Positions 1-11,730 of a stretch of DNA of 64,000 bases are shown piece by piece. The first letter of the stretch is position 1. Each line of letters begins with the position of its first letter. Under the pieces are notes generated by a model that worked only from the letters and a program-made list of their open reading frames with translations, was not told where the DNA came from and searched no databases. The stretch is from Chiloscyllium plagiosum (lineage: Eukaryota): assembly GCF_004010195.1 (NCBI RefSeq), contig NC_057718.1, positions 85,698,283-85,762,282 of the forward strand, read 5' to 3'. A program made the position numbers and the translations under genes.

Positions 1-465
1 GATACAGTTGTCTTTCTTGACTTCCCTTGTTCTAACTTTCCCTTCAATTTCCTTCTTAAACATCCAGTTTGTCCCCTCCCCCCCACTACTTAGGTTTAAC
101 GTAGTTGTGTTGCAGTAGCAAACCTGCCTGCCAGAATGCTGGTCCCTAACTTATTAAGGTGCAAACCATCTCTCTTATATAATTTATGCTTACCTCAAAA
201 GAAACCCCAGTGATCCAAAAATTTAAATCCTTGCTTCCTGCACCAGTTCCCCAGCCACACGTTCAAGTCCATTATCCCCCTCTTTCTGGCCTCACCAGCC
301 CGAGGAACTGGAAGCAAACCGGAGATAACTACCCTGGACGTGCTGCTTTTAAGCCTTCTTCCTAGTTCTCCGAAGTCCCGCTGTAGTATGTTCCTCCTCT
401 TCTTCCCGACATCATTTGTGTCGACATGTACCAACACCTCTGGCTCTTCACCTTCGTCCTTGAGG
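1..465 (-). mobile_element. CR1 LINE ORF1 remnant (SGNH/GDSL esterase-like domain), runs off window start
   Basis: ORF 195..521 reads EGEEPEVLVHVDTNDVGKKR...VVISGLLPVPRA...LNVWLGNWCRKQGFKFLDHW. The same frame continues past a stop at 195 as KHKLYKRDGLHLNKLGTSILAGRF (DGLH motif), typical of vertebrate CR1 ORF1. Confidence 0.9.
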
Positions 466-774
466 ATTGGTGGATTGTTGCCAGATTTGACTGACAAATT
501 GAGCCCAAAGACCAAGACCAAATTGTCATGCAGACCTCCTCTGCTTTTTCAGCCAGTGAAATACTTCTAAACATTTTGGAACGCATTTGGACTGCAACCT
601 TCCCCTGACCATGTAGCCAAGCGGGGCTCTACCCGAAACAAAGGGGCTCCCAATGGCATTGCTCAAGAAAAATGCATTAAACTCTACACCATGTCAAGGT
701 GGTGATCCAAGGAGTGTGGTTTACCGAGACAAAGGAAGTCTACGAGGAAACTGCCAGGAATATAGAATTTTTTT

Positions 775-1155
775 TCCTATGAGGAAGGATTGGACAAGCT
801 AATGCTGTACTCTGTGGAAGATTTAATTGAGGTGCCTGGATAGGGTGACTGGAAAGGACCAATTTCTGTCAGTGGAGAAGTCAATAAAACAATTGGCAGA
901 GACTTAAAATAACTGGCAGAAGATTTACAGGGGAATTGAGGCTTATTTTTTACCATTTAGAGAATGATGAGAGCTGGAGATACTGCTCAAAAATATAGTA
1001 GAAGCAGAAATGCTTTTTACATTGAGTAAGTACTTGGGTAAGGACTTGAAATCCCGTAACCTAAAGGTTTACGGACCAAGAAACTTTGATTAAGTTGGAC
1101 AACTGTTTTTCAATCAGTCCAGTCATGATGGATCAAATAGTCGCCTTCTGTTCCA
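775..1155 (+). mobile_element. Highly degenerate CR1 3' fragment
   Basis: tatgaggaaggattggacaagct...gatttaattgagg...atgatggatcaaatagtcgccttctgt resembles the ORF2 end and 3'UTR of the other CR1 copies here. Confidence 0.55.
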
Positions 1156-1533
1156 TAAATGTGTCAACGTTTCTGTGTTAAAGGTGTTATATAAATGCAA
1201 GTTGTTGTGGTGGCTTCGGACAGTTGTGGCAAGACACCCTCTTGCCAAATATTGTAGAATCAGTGGCTTTGCAAATGGAGCTGTTCGTATTAACACATTG
1301 CTCATTGTCACTATGGAACCCTAGACTGGATGGGTGCATGAAGGGATGTGGTATGAACACAGGCTATTTGGTTAGCTTTGGTTGTAGTTCTCCTAATACC
1401 CATCTATTACTGAATTTCATGGCGTTTATAGGGAATTGATGGATGTTTGTAGGGTCTTAATTCCTATAGAAGTTACAGTTGATAAGTAAGTGTACGTAAT
1501 GGTGAAGTGAACACAATCTATTGTGATATCTAT

Positions 1534-2208
1534 AGTTATGCAGCAGGCCAGACCCCCTCAAAACATTTCAAGAAAGTAGCCTGGATGCTAACTTTGCTCA
1601 TTGCTTTCAGCAGGTGTAGCATGGATATTTCCAGGACGGATGCAACTGGTCAAACCACTTAGCTTTAAACAAAACAGAATTTACTTAGAAGATTACCGAA
1701 GGAAACACAAACTAAAGAGAACACAATACAGAATAACTTAACCTATCCGAAAACCCAACAGCTTAGCCCTACGTAATGATGTTGTTCCACATTCCTGCAC
1801 CAATTCCCACAAACATCCTTTGGCAAAAGAAAAGGTAAAATCAAACACGGGTTTTACAGGGGAAATGTCAGAGACAGAGAAGTCAGAGAGATTCAGCATG
1901 GAACACCTTCTGCTATGTCGCTGTTTCTTTAGCAGCCTCAAAACTGACTGCCTGCTTTCAGTGAACAGCCAGACTGCTAAACACCAAACCAGAATCAAAG
2001 CAGAGAAAAGCTGAGCTGGGAGAACTGGCCACTCCCCTTCCTTTTTTTTTAAACTTGAAAGCCTTTTGCCTGAGGCAATATCTGTTAGCTATAATTAAAT
2101 TGGCCTTAAAACCCATTGAAGCTAGATCTTCCAAGTTTCTGCATTTATAACCCCTCTGAAAAAAAGCCAAGGCCAACATAACCTTGTTAAATGAGCAGCA
2201 TTGTCAGA
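1534..2208 (-). mobile_element. Solo LTR-like element
   Basis: The reverse complement starts tctgacaatgct (vs tgtgatgatgct at 3204). Its 3' ~150 bp (gtttgaccagttg...ctggaa...aaagtta...ctac...ttgaggggg...tctgg) aligns with 3700-3850. No ORF. Confidence 0.55.
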
Positions 2209-3203
2209 CTTTGTACACTCGCATACTATTGTAGAGCCTCAGTGCCTGTGGCCCCATTGTGTCCTCAGTACTGCTCAGTTTTTCTTACACTGCTACTATG
2301 TTTTGCTGCAACCCTGACATTGTGTGTGATTATCTGAGTGGCTGTTCCTTGGTGGTCCTATGTGTCAAATATCCCAACACACTGGGGTCCTCCTACATTG
2401 CTGCAGGGCACCCCTCCTAGGGCTTTGAACACCAGAGGCACTGGGTTCCTTGTCAGAGGGGTTGAGAAGAGACCACTCACCTTGACCATATGGTAGACCT
2501 GATTCCCCAAGGTAGTTGGCAAGATCTTCACAGAGGAAGCCATCCCTGCCGTGTCAGAACCATGGATGTGAATGGACTCCTCCACCATCTGCATTTGTCT
2601 GTGAACAAATGTGCGTGTGCCCCTGATTCCCCACACGAACCCGCAGAAAGTCCCATGCAAGTGTAACTATGCTCATGGAGTATGGGGGAGAGGCAGATGA
2701 GGGTTGTCCATTATCTTCATTGGGGCTAGATTCATCTGTTAGCACTATCGGCTTTGATCTTCTCTGTCTATGGAAACAATCTTCGATTACAACAACAGGG
2801 AAGACATTCAGGAGCTGCTCAATGTGTCAGAGAATTACTGCTTAACATGTAATCTTTAATATGTTGATATTTTGACATGAATCTGGAGACATTCTTACTC
2901 TGCTGCCTGGCTACTCCAGCCTCTCTGTCTGTAACAGAGAACCTTCTCTGCTCTTCTACTGTCTCCATTGCTCCTTTACCAAAGGGGAGATAGCTCTCAG
3001 CTCAGCCCCCCACTTCCAGGAGTAAGGGTAGCCTGTTGTTTCCCTCTCCTTCACAATTAACATCTTCCTCTCCTGCGTGACAATATAGAGAGAGTTAGTA
3101 ACTTGTTGAGTGTCATCTAATTCCTTTTCTTTATTCATCCATGAGCCACATACCCATCTCATATTCCAGTCAGTGTGATTATCACATTATTGAGCAGATC
3201 TAT

Positions 3204-3855
3204 TGTGATGATGCTATGGCGTTAAGGGGTGTATTTTGTCCTGAGTTTTTTTTTGAGGAGATGTTTTAAGTCAGAGGCGCAGTGCTGCCTATTGAACGCC
3301 CATAAAGTAAACACCTTGTGAGGCCTTTCTTTTAAAGCTGGAACGATAGAAGCCGCCCCTGAATGGGAGGTCAAACTCCCACAGAACCAGGACTTTTATT
3401 TTTTGTTTCTCAGTTGCAGTTGTTGCAGGGATCTTGAAACTTGGTGAAAGCTGCAGTACATCTCTCCCTCTCTCAGAGTTTTATCATGATGTTTTTACTC
3501 CTGGACTGGAGAATTGCCTGTGAGACAATCTATTTTTCTGAACTTGTCTTTTATCAAGTTTTATCAAGTGGTTATGTGATGTTACTATCTTGGAAAAGTT
3601 ACTGTTTAGTAGTACAATAATCAATTATTCTGTTAAGTTTTCCAGTAGAGTTAAGTTATTCCAATTTCATCTTTCTTTTGTCATATTTTGGCTATAGCAA
3701 ATGAATAGAGTGTGTCTTGCTTAATGTTGAGTAGTTTGACCAGTTGAGTTGCATCTGGAATGCAACACGTTACATTTACCTTTAGAATAAAAAAAGTTAA
3801 GGTCTAGACTACCTTCTGAATATATATTGAGGGGGTTTTGTCTGGTCTGATCTCT
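3204..3855 (+). mobile_element. Solo LTR-like element, related to 1534-2208
   Basis: TG start (tgtgatgatgct), AATAAA-like signals near the 3' end, and homology to the inverted copy upstream. The 3' boundary is eroded. Confidence 0.55.
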
Positions 3856-4420
3856 TTTACCATGTGCTACTGGTGTTGAACATACCTTTCCCAGCCTGCC
3901 TTCTTAACCCATTTGCAAAGTCTCTCATCTGCAAAGACCTTGAGTCATGCTTAGACACAATGCGACCTTCCTGGCGGATTGGAGCAGACTGTTTAGTTGT
4001 TTTTGGCACTGGGCTCTGGTTCTCTGCAGCCTCATGGTTGCTCATTTCCACTGTGATCTCTGTTTAGCTCACCTCAGCTCTGAGTCTGGATCTCATTAAA
4101 CCTTCACTGAGGAAGAGAACCTACTGTCTCTCCCAAATGGCCTGAAGACGAAGGCTGTAGGGAGGCATTACCTAACAATAGAGCTACCCAGTCTCTGTGC
4201 TGAAATATTTCGCTGGATGGAGGGGAAGGTTGGCAGTCCAAGTAATAATTGCTAGCACCTTAAACCCTCCCTGTGGCAGGTTTGGCGAGTGAGTAGGGAC
4301 CTTCTGCTAAGACAGCAAGTCAATCTGTAACATGGATGGCCACCAATTGAGGCCCTTAAGTATGCAAATAATGAGAAATATGCCCATTGGATGCAATTAC
4401 ATTTATGTTGGTGAGAAGTC

Positions 4421-4500
4421 TCTTGTGGAGTCGTAGTGTCCCTATCATTAAACCAGATGGCTTGGGATCAGGTCCCACCTACTCCAGAGGTATATCATAC
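4421..4500 (+). mobile_element. Short tRNA-derived SINE fragment
   Basis: A/B-box-like tcttgtggagtcgtagtgtccct...tgggatcaggtcccacctactccagagg. A related copy lies at 6003-6095. Confidence 0.45.
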
Positions 4501-4502
4501 AT

Positions 4503-5986
4503 AAAGAGTAAAGAACAAAGAAAATTTACAGCCCAGTAACAGGCCCTTTGGCCCTCCAAGCCTGAGCCAATCCAAATGTACTGTCTAAACCTGTTGGTCA
4601 ATTCCTAAGCATTTGTATCCCTCTGCTCCACATCTACTCGTGCATCTTAAGTGAATCTACTGTGCTTGCCTCTACCACCTCTGCTGGCAATCCGTTCCAA
4701 ACACCCACCACTCTCTGTGTGAAGTACTTGCCGCATGTATCCCCCTTAAACTTTCCACCTCTCACCTTGAAAGCATGACCTCTCATTAGTGGGCGGCACG
4801 GTGGCACAGTGGTTAGCACTGCTGCCTCACAGCGCCAGAGACCCGGGTTCAATTCCCGACTCAGGCGACAGACTGTGTGGAGTTTGCACGTTCTCCCCGT
4901 GCAATTGCGTGGGTTTCCTCCGGGTGCTCCGGTTTCCTCCCACAGTCACAAAGATGTGCAGGTTAGGTGAATTGGCCATGCTAAATTGCCCTTAGTGTTA
5001 GGTAATAAGGGGTAAATGTAGGGGTATGGGTGGGTTGCGCTTCGGCGGGTCGGTGTGGACTTGTTGGGCCGAAGGGCCTGTTTCCACACTGTAAGTAATC
5101 TAAATCTAATCTAATCTAATCTAATTATTGAATCCTTCACCCTGGGAAAAAGCTTGTCTCTATCCACCCTGTCTATACCCTTCATGATGTTGTCAATCAG
5201 GTCCCCCCTCAATCTCCTTTTTACTAGTGAAAATAAACCTAACCTACTCAACCTTTCTTCATAGCTAGCACCTTCCATACCAGGCAACATCCTCGTAAAC
5301 CTTCTCTGCACCCTCTCCAAAGCGTCCACATCCTTTTGGTAATGTGGCATCCAGAACTGTACACAGTATTCTAAATGCGGCCGAACCTATGTCTTGTACA
5401 ATTTTAGCATGACTTGCCAGCTCTTTTACTCAATACCCCGTCCAATGAAGGCAAGCATACTATATGCCCTCTTGACCACTCTATCCACCTGTGCAGCAAC
5501 CTTCAGGGTACAATGGACCTGCACTCCCAGATTTCTCTGTTCATCAACTTTTCCCAAGGCTCTTCCATTCATTGTATAATTCGCTCTAGAATTAGACTTG
5601 CCTAAATGCATCACCTCACATTTGTCTGGATTGAAAGCCATCTGCCACTTTTCTGCCCAACTCTTCAGTCTATCTATATCCTCCTGTATTCTCTGACAGT
5701 CCCTTATGCTTTCTGCTACTCCACCAATCTTTGTGTTATCTGCAAACTTGCTGATCATACAAACAGTGTCCTCTTCTAGATCATTTACGTATATTACAAA
5801 CAACAGTGGCCCCAATACTGACCCCTGGGGAACACCACTGGTCACCTTTTTCCACTTCGAGAAACTCCCTTCAACTACTACTCTCTGTCTCCTGTTGCTC
5901 AACCAGTTCTTTATCCACCTAGCTAGAACACCCTGCACACCATGTGACTTCACTTTCTCCATTAGTCTACAATGGGGAACCTTATC
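4503..5986 (-). mobile_element. 5'-truncated CR1 (HER1-type) LINE, RT C-terminal half plus 3'UTR, interrupted by HE1
   Basis: ORF 5426..6013 has [26 protein letters not shown] and SKFADNTK. ORF 5111..5350 has [14 protein letters not shown]...RRLRGDLI. A microsatellite-like tail lies at 4503-4522. Confidence 0.95.
4789..5123 (+). mobile_element. HE1 V-SINE, young copy
   Basis: tRNA-like head (gtggcacagtggttagc; gggttcaattccc), V-domain (tgtgtggagtttgcacgttctccccgtg...ggtttcctcccaca), CR1-like tail ending (TCTAA)n. 4-bp TSD atta at 4785-4788 and 5124-5127. Confidence 0.95.
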
Positions 5987-6002
5987 TCGAAGCCTGAAGG
6001 TT

Positions 6003-6095
6003 CTTTGTAGCACAGTGATAATGTCCCTTCCTCTAAGCCAGAAGGTCTGGGTTTAAATCCCTCCTGCTTCAGAGATGCATCATAACAGGTGGATT
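6003..6095 (+). mobile_element. Short tRNA-derived SINE fragment
   Basis: tgtagcacagtgataatgtccct...ctgggtttaaatccc...cagagatgcatcataaca, homologous to 4421-4500. Confidence 0.45.
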
Positions 6096-6877
6096 TAAAG
6101 GTCTACAATTGCCTCCTGACAAGCCACACTCAACACCCATCTTGCTCCTTGGATCCATGCTTTTATGAAATGCAACACTCACTGCAGGACTGAGTGAGCT
6201 CTGTAAGGACATTAGCTGTCTTATAGTTGTACTGTGAAGAAAAAGGGTGAGAGAGGGCAAAGATTAAACGCAAAAGGAGAGATTAGGAAGGACATCCTTA
6301 TAATGCTAGAACAATGATATGCTGACAGTGAGAATCATTATGGTGACTGTTGACCCCATCTGCATATTCATATAAATTTAGATTTGTGTGGAATTGTTGC
6401 CTCCTTACATTGAGCGCCCACAGTTCAGAAGAATGTTTCCATCATCACAGAAAATGAACAATATTTTAGCATTTTATTACTTTTCACAAAGGTGCCACTG
6501 TTTGCCCCCTCTACTGAGTGACATGAGCTCATTGTGAATCCTGAGTACCAAGGTTAATGCTCAGAGAAAATATGGTTTCAGGGTTCTTCTTTGAGATGAT
6601 GTTGTAACTATGGTAACAGCTTAGAATAGGATAACTTGCTGTCAGTGGTACAGGAGGATTTAAGTCTAATGGCAATCCTTTCCTTACTCAGGATGTGGGT
6701 AATGCTAGCATGATCAGCATTTATTATTCAGCACTGAGTAAGTGAGTCTTCCCTTTGAACTGCTGCAGCTTATGTGCTGATAGTGGCCTTTTCTGGAGAG
6801 AATTTCAGCATGTTGATCCAGAAAATGATGGCCAGTTCCTGATACTACAATGACTTTCTGTCCAATTTTTAAAAGGG

Positions 6878-7190
6878 CTTAGTTTTATACATGCGATTCA
6901 TGACATTGGGAATCTCCAAAGTACTTTATAAACAATGAGTTACTTTATAAACAATGAGTTACTTTATAATGTAGTCATGGTTAATGTAGGTAGCCGATAT
7001 GTATGGAGCAACCACCCCAAATAACAGGGAGCTAAATGATTAGATAACCTGTCATTATTGATTTTGGTTTATTGATCAATATTGCCCAGGTCACCAGACA
7101 GGGCTCAGTGCTTTTATATAGGACAATAAGATCATTTATGTTCACTTGATGGAGGAGGTAGGCCTTGTCTGAAAGATGCTACTCCTATTG
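6878..7190 (-). mobile_element. Deu-domain SINE (SacSINE1/AmnSINE-like), old
   Basis: Reverse complement resembles the Deu core and tail (tcttt...aagatc...cctggcaatatt...ctacatta...tgactaca...aagta..cattg..taaag). It carries an internal 19-bp tandem duplication at 6922-6968. Confidence 0.6.
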
Positions 7191-7714
7191 TCCAACTCCT
7201 TCACCTGGGCACCAAGATTGCTCAATAGTAGACTGACACCAGCTTTTCATTTCTGAAGATTATGTCCATCCCATCCTGGGTACTTAATGCTTTCTCTTTT
7301 AAAATTGCATCAAAGAGTATGAGCAAATTTCTCTTTTCGATATTTCCTCAAAGCAAGGAAGCCACTTGTTATGGAGTATAGCCCATGGAAATCCCTGCTT
7401 TTAATGTGGGGAAGGTGTTGCATGCAATTATCACTTGATTCGGATGGACCAGAATGCACTCTCACTCTTACCATCTGTCATTGGTGTATTGGAAAGACGT
7501 GGAAGTTTTACTAACCTATTTAACCACACCAGGAATGTACCTCCTGTGGCTATCAAGTCATGGAGGGAGACTCCAACCCAGAGTTCTGGCTCAGAGTTAG
7601 AGACACTACAATTGTGTCACAATATTGCCCCCTAACGAAACTGAGCACAATGAGAATCTGGGGAAAAATTATTGGAGCCATACCTGAGACAAAGGAAGAT
7701 GGTTGTAGTTTTTT

Positions 7715-8000
7715 TTTAAGCCAATTGTCTCAACTCCAGGACATTAGGGTAGTGTCCCAGGCCTAACTGCTTTATTGATGACCTTCCCTCCATCAAAAGC
7801 TCAGAGGCGGGAACTGTTTGTGATATTTGCAGCATGTTCATACCATTCATAGCTACTGAGATAGTCTATAGACATACATAACAATACCTAGACATCATTC
7901 AGTACTTTCCTTGCTAATTTTCAACATTCTGAGGCTTACCATTGACCAGAACATAACTGGATTGACATCTAAATATTGTGACCACAAGGTAGGTCAGGGT
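7715..8000 (+). mobile_element. Degenerate RT fragment of a second CR1-group (L2/Crack-like) LINE
   Basis: Nucleotide remnants of SQ.QDI..GSV.GP..CFI.DLPSI.RSEVG.F.D: ctccaggacatt...gggtagtgtcccaggccta...tgatgaccttccctccatca. Confidence 0.55.
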
Positions 8001-8054
8001 TTCAGTACCTCACCTTAGCACAATTTTTGCTTCGAGCCCAACATGGATTCCTCA

Positions 8055-8400
8055 TCACTATGTTATAGAAAAGGATATAGAGGCATTAGAAAGGGTACTC
8101 GCCAAAAGGATTTACACAGAAATGCGTAAGTTTATATAACAGGCTGAGTTTCTCTTGAATAAAGAAGACTGTGGGGCAGCCTAATTGAGGTATTTAACAT
8201 TATGAAAAGTTTTGACAGAGTGGAAACTGAAAGAATTTCCTTTGGTTTGGAGGAGCATGTCGAAAGGCCACTAATAAGATCATCCAACAATATCTAATGG
8301 AGAATTCAGAGGAAACGTCTTCATCCAACGAGTGGTGAGAATGTGGAACTTGTAATTACAGGTACTTATTAAACTGGAATATATTAATTAGCCTAGATAG
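8055..8400 (+). mobile_element. Degenerate CR1 3' fragment
   Basis: tatagaaaaggatatagaggcattagaaagggt...ctaattgaggtatttaacattatgaaa...gagtggtgagaatgtggaact. Confidence 0.6.
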
Positions 8401-8444
8401 GGCATTCTGACTCTCAAGTCTATTTTGCCATTAATAAAATAATG

Positions 8445-8590
8445 GTTGACCATTTCTAGGGTGTTTTGGAAGCTTTGCCTGTTTACTCAATCCTAGATCC
8501 TGCAATACTGGAATGTAGGATGCAACTCTGAAACTGAGGCCAGGAAATATTCATGAATGTTGGACAGTTGCATCTGAAATCTGCCCTGCA
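8445..8590. repeat. Unclassified ~145-bp dispersed repeat, copy 1
   Basis: Direct repeat of 10238-10383. The 57-bp core 8471-8527 is identical to 10265-10321. Confidence 0.9.
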
Positions 8591-9019
8591 CGAAGTTAGG
8601 AACTTTAGTCAGCAAGATTCATGCCTCGTGACATTTTGCAAATGGACTGTAAAAGGCTTAGTAACTTGTGTTGGAAATCTGAAGTGAGGTGTTTGCTCAC
8701 AAGAAAACATAGTTTTACAACAAGTTAAATGCTAATTTCAGCAAATAGTATCGATGTACTAAAGGAGAAACTAGATAATAGACATTTGGGATAAAACAGC
8801 TCACCTGACCAGCATTCCATCAATCACCTTAAACACGTAGTCCCTTCACCATTCACACACACATCGGCAGCACTGTGTACCATCTATAAGATGCATTACA
8901 GTGACTTGGTGAGCTTTCTTCGTGTCAGAGACATAGGCATGAAGAAAAATCTAAAAAAAAACACCCTGTATTCTCTTCAAAATGATCATGTTTAAATGTT
9001 GTTCTTTATTTTTAAATCA

Positions 9020-9540
9020 GAAGTGTGATGGCATATTCTCCATTTGCCTGAGTGAGAGCAGCTCCAAAAACACTCAAGAAAATTTGTGCCCATTGAGGAA
9101 AGTGTATCCCACTTGATTGGCACCAGATTCATAAACATTTATTCCTTCCCCCGCCAATACTCAGTTGTGTGCCAGCTACAAGATGTGCCGCAAAAATTGA
9201 CCGTAGCTCCAGAGTCTGCATTCCTGATGAAGGGCTTTTGCCAGAAACGTCAATTTTCCTGCTCCTTCGGATACTGCCTGACCTGCTGTGCTTTTCCAGC
9301 ACCACTGTAATCTAGACTCTGATTTCCAGCATCTGCATTCCTCATGTCTGCCTAGGTGATTTTAACCATCCAAACTCTTGACCACTTTCATCCAGAAGGA
9401 AAAGGGTAGCAGATACAGGGGAACAACATCACCTGCAAGTTCCCCTCTATACCACTCACTATCCTGACTTGGAAACATATTGTTATTCTTTCAGTGTCAT
9501 TGGGTCAAAATCCTGGAATTGCTTCCCTACTGCACTGTGA
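9020..9540 (+). mobile_element. 3' fragment of L2/Crack-like LINE, interrupted by a Penelope pLTR insert
   Basis: agtgtgatggcatattctcc...gcagctccaaaaacactcaagaa...cacctgcaagttcccctc...ctgacttggaaacatattg...gggtcaaaatcctggaat, the same family as 45722-46035. Confidence 0.75.
9219..9367 (+). mobile_element. Penelope pseudo-LTR fragment (family A) with hammerhead motif
   Basis: CTGATGA at 9224-9230, helix II gggc-tttt-gcca, GAAACGTC at 9244-9251, then the family-A tgctgcctgacctgctgtgcttttccagc tract. Confidence 0.85.
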
Positions 9541-10237
9541 ATAAATAAAAAAAAAGGTCAGCTTTGCTGGGCTCAAAATGGCTGAGGCTGATCACATGAT
9601 CATATTTGCAGAAACTTCTGAACCCCCTGCATTGTATAGACATTCTTGTTCAAGTTCACACAAAGCGACTGGAGATGAACCATCTGCTTCCAAACAGCTC
9701 TTGACAAAAGAATCTGTTACGTTATGTAAAATGGACACTAATGCTTTTATAGTTATCTCATTCCACTTCAATGAAAATCCGGACAAGGGAGGTAAAGCTA
9801 CAATGTTAGCTTCATAACTTTCCAATTAACTCACTGAAATGGGACATTAGCATTAGAAATCCCTGTCCTTGACACATGACTGAAATCAGAGCTTTTTGGA
9901 TTGCCTAAATATACATATCTGGGATTTTAAGTCAGTTGCTGTTTGACCTTCAGTGGGAGAGCAGGACACCAGGTTGAGTGTGAGCCTGCCTCAGACCTCA
10001 CATCTCTACCTCCAAATTCCTGGCTGGAGTGAAGTCTATGCCTTTGTAAGAAGGAACACCAGATGACCCTGCTCACTAAGGGAACTGTTAGTGGACACAG
10101 ATGTCTGGGAAGTTTTGCTTAATGTGAAATGAATTTCAGCTGGTCTTGATTTACCAAAACTTGTAAATAAAAAATAATTTGCGAACAAATTTGTTATCTA
10201 TTTCCTCTCCTGTCTTGTCTTCCTTAATTTCTTAACT

Positions 10238-10383
10238 GTTGACCATTGCTAGGGTGCTTTTGGGAGCTTTGCCTGTTTACTCAATCCTAGATCCTGCAAT
10301 ACTGGAATGTAGGATGCAACTGTGAAGCTGAGTAAGGAACTGTTCCTGAATGTTGTATGTTTACATCTGAAATCTGTCCTGCA
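10238..10383. repeat. Unclassified ~145-bp dispersed repeat, copy 2
   Basis: Direct repeat of 8445-8590. Confidence 0.9.
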
Positions 10384-10738
10384 GTGTGTGTGTATGTGTA
10401 TGTGTGCATGTGCTTACGTGTGTGCCTGTGTAAACAGTTTTCCTACATTTTAAATGTTTTCCTACTCAATCCTATCTTTGATTTTAGTTTACGTTTCTTT
10501 GCTGCAGGTTTGTTTGAAAAATTAGAATCCGAGAGACAGTTTGGGAGAGCAGCCTTTGGCCTACCTCTGAGGATGATGGGGGTAAGAAAGGAAAGGAGTA
10601 AAAAACTCATAGTCTCGGGGAAAACAATGATTCAAATTTATTTCCATTCTATTTTTGCTCATGACATTTGACAGCATTTTCCAAACCTGTGACCATTATT
10701 ACCTAAGAGGGCAGTGACAATGGATGCATGGGAACACC

Positions 10739-11730
10739 CCATGGGAGACTGATTAGCAAGGTTAGATCTCATGGAATACCGGGAGAACTAGCCATATGGA
10801 TACAGAACTGGCTCAAAGGTAGAAGACAGAGGATGGTGGTGTGTTGTTTTTCAGTCTGGAGGCCTGTGACCAGTGGAATGCCACAAGGATCGGTGCTGGG
10901 ACCTCTACGTTTTGTCATTTACATAAATGATTTGGATGCGAGCATAAGAGATACAGTTAGTAAGTTTGCAGATGACACCAAAATTGGAGGTGTAGTGGAC
11001 AGAGAAGAAGGTTATCACAAATTATAATAGGATCTGGACCAGATGGGCCAATGGGCTGAGAAGTGGCAGAAGGAGTTTAATTCAGATAAATGCGAGGTGC
11101 TGCATTTTGGGAAAGCAAATCTTAGCAGGACTTATACACTTAATGGTAAGGACCTAGGGAGTGTTTCTGAACAAAGAGACCCTGGAGTGCAGGTTCATAG
11201 CTCCTTGAAAGTGGAGTCGCAGGTAGATAGGATANNNNNNNNNNNNNNNNNNNNNNNNNNNNNNNNNNNNNNNNNNNNNNNNNNNNNNNNNNNNNNNNNN
11301 NNNNNNNNNNNNNNNNNNNNNNNNNNNNNNNNNNNNNNNNNNNNNNNNNNNNNNNNNNNNNNNNNNNNNNNNNNNNNNNNNNNNNNNNNNNNNNNNNNNN
11401 NNNNNNNNNNNNNNNNNNNNNNNNNNNNNNNNNNGAACTAGAGGGCATAGGTTTAGGGTGAGAGGGGAAAGATATAAAAGAGACCTATGGGGCAACTTTT
11501 TCACACAGAGGCTGGTATGTGTATGGCATGAGCTGCCAGAGGAAGTGGTGGAGGCTGGTACAATTGCAACATTTAAGAGGCATTTGGATGGGCATACGAA
11601 TAGAAGGTTTTGGAGGGATATGGGCCGGGTGCTGGCAGGTGGGACTAGATTGGGTTGGGATAGCTGGTCGGCATGGATGGGTTAGACCGAAGGGTCTGTT
11701 TCCATGCTGTACATCTCTATGACTCTATGA
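10739..11730 (+). mobile_element. 5'-truncated CR1 LINE spanning an assembly gap, inserted in an L2/Crack-like fragment (10670-10738 / 11731-11945)
   Basis: ORF 10728..11027 has [21 protein letters not shown]...SKFADDTK. The tail is ctctatgactctatga. The host LINE sequence resumes after the tail. Confidence 0.93.
11235..11434. other. Assembly gap
   Basis: Run of N. Confidence 1.

Noticed and set aside
1516..3209. 12-mer atctattgtgat at 1516-1527 and 3198-3209 as a possible TSD
   Set aside because: The second copy overlaps the LTR terminus and the first lies outside the other LTR boundary, which is consistent with chance.
4791..4870. tRNA genes suggested by A/B boxes (also 20917-20993, 53345-53421, 59720-59801)
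   Set aside because: These are SINE heads continuous with, or identical to, HE1 elements, not free tRNA genes.
8460..8530. Superficial miR-30-like words (tgtttactc, catcctaca) in the duplicated element
   Set aside because: No full mature miR-30 sequence and no single long pre-miRNA hairpin.
9612..9792. Possible exon (ttgcag...gag|gtaaag) with an open frame
   Set aside because: Weak polypyrimidine tract, no recognisable protein, and no neighbouring supported exons.
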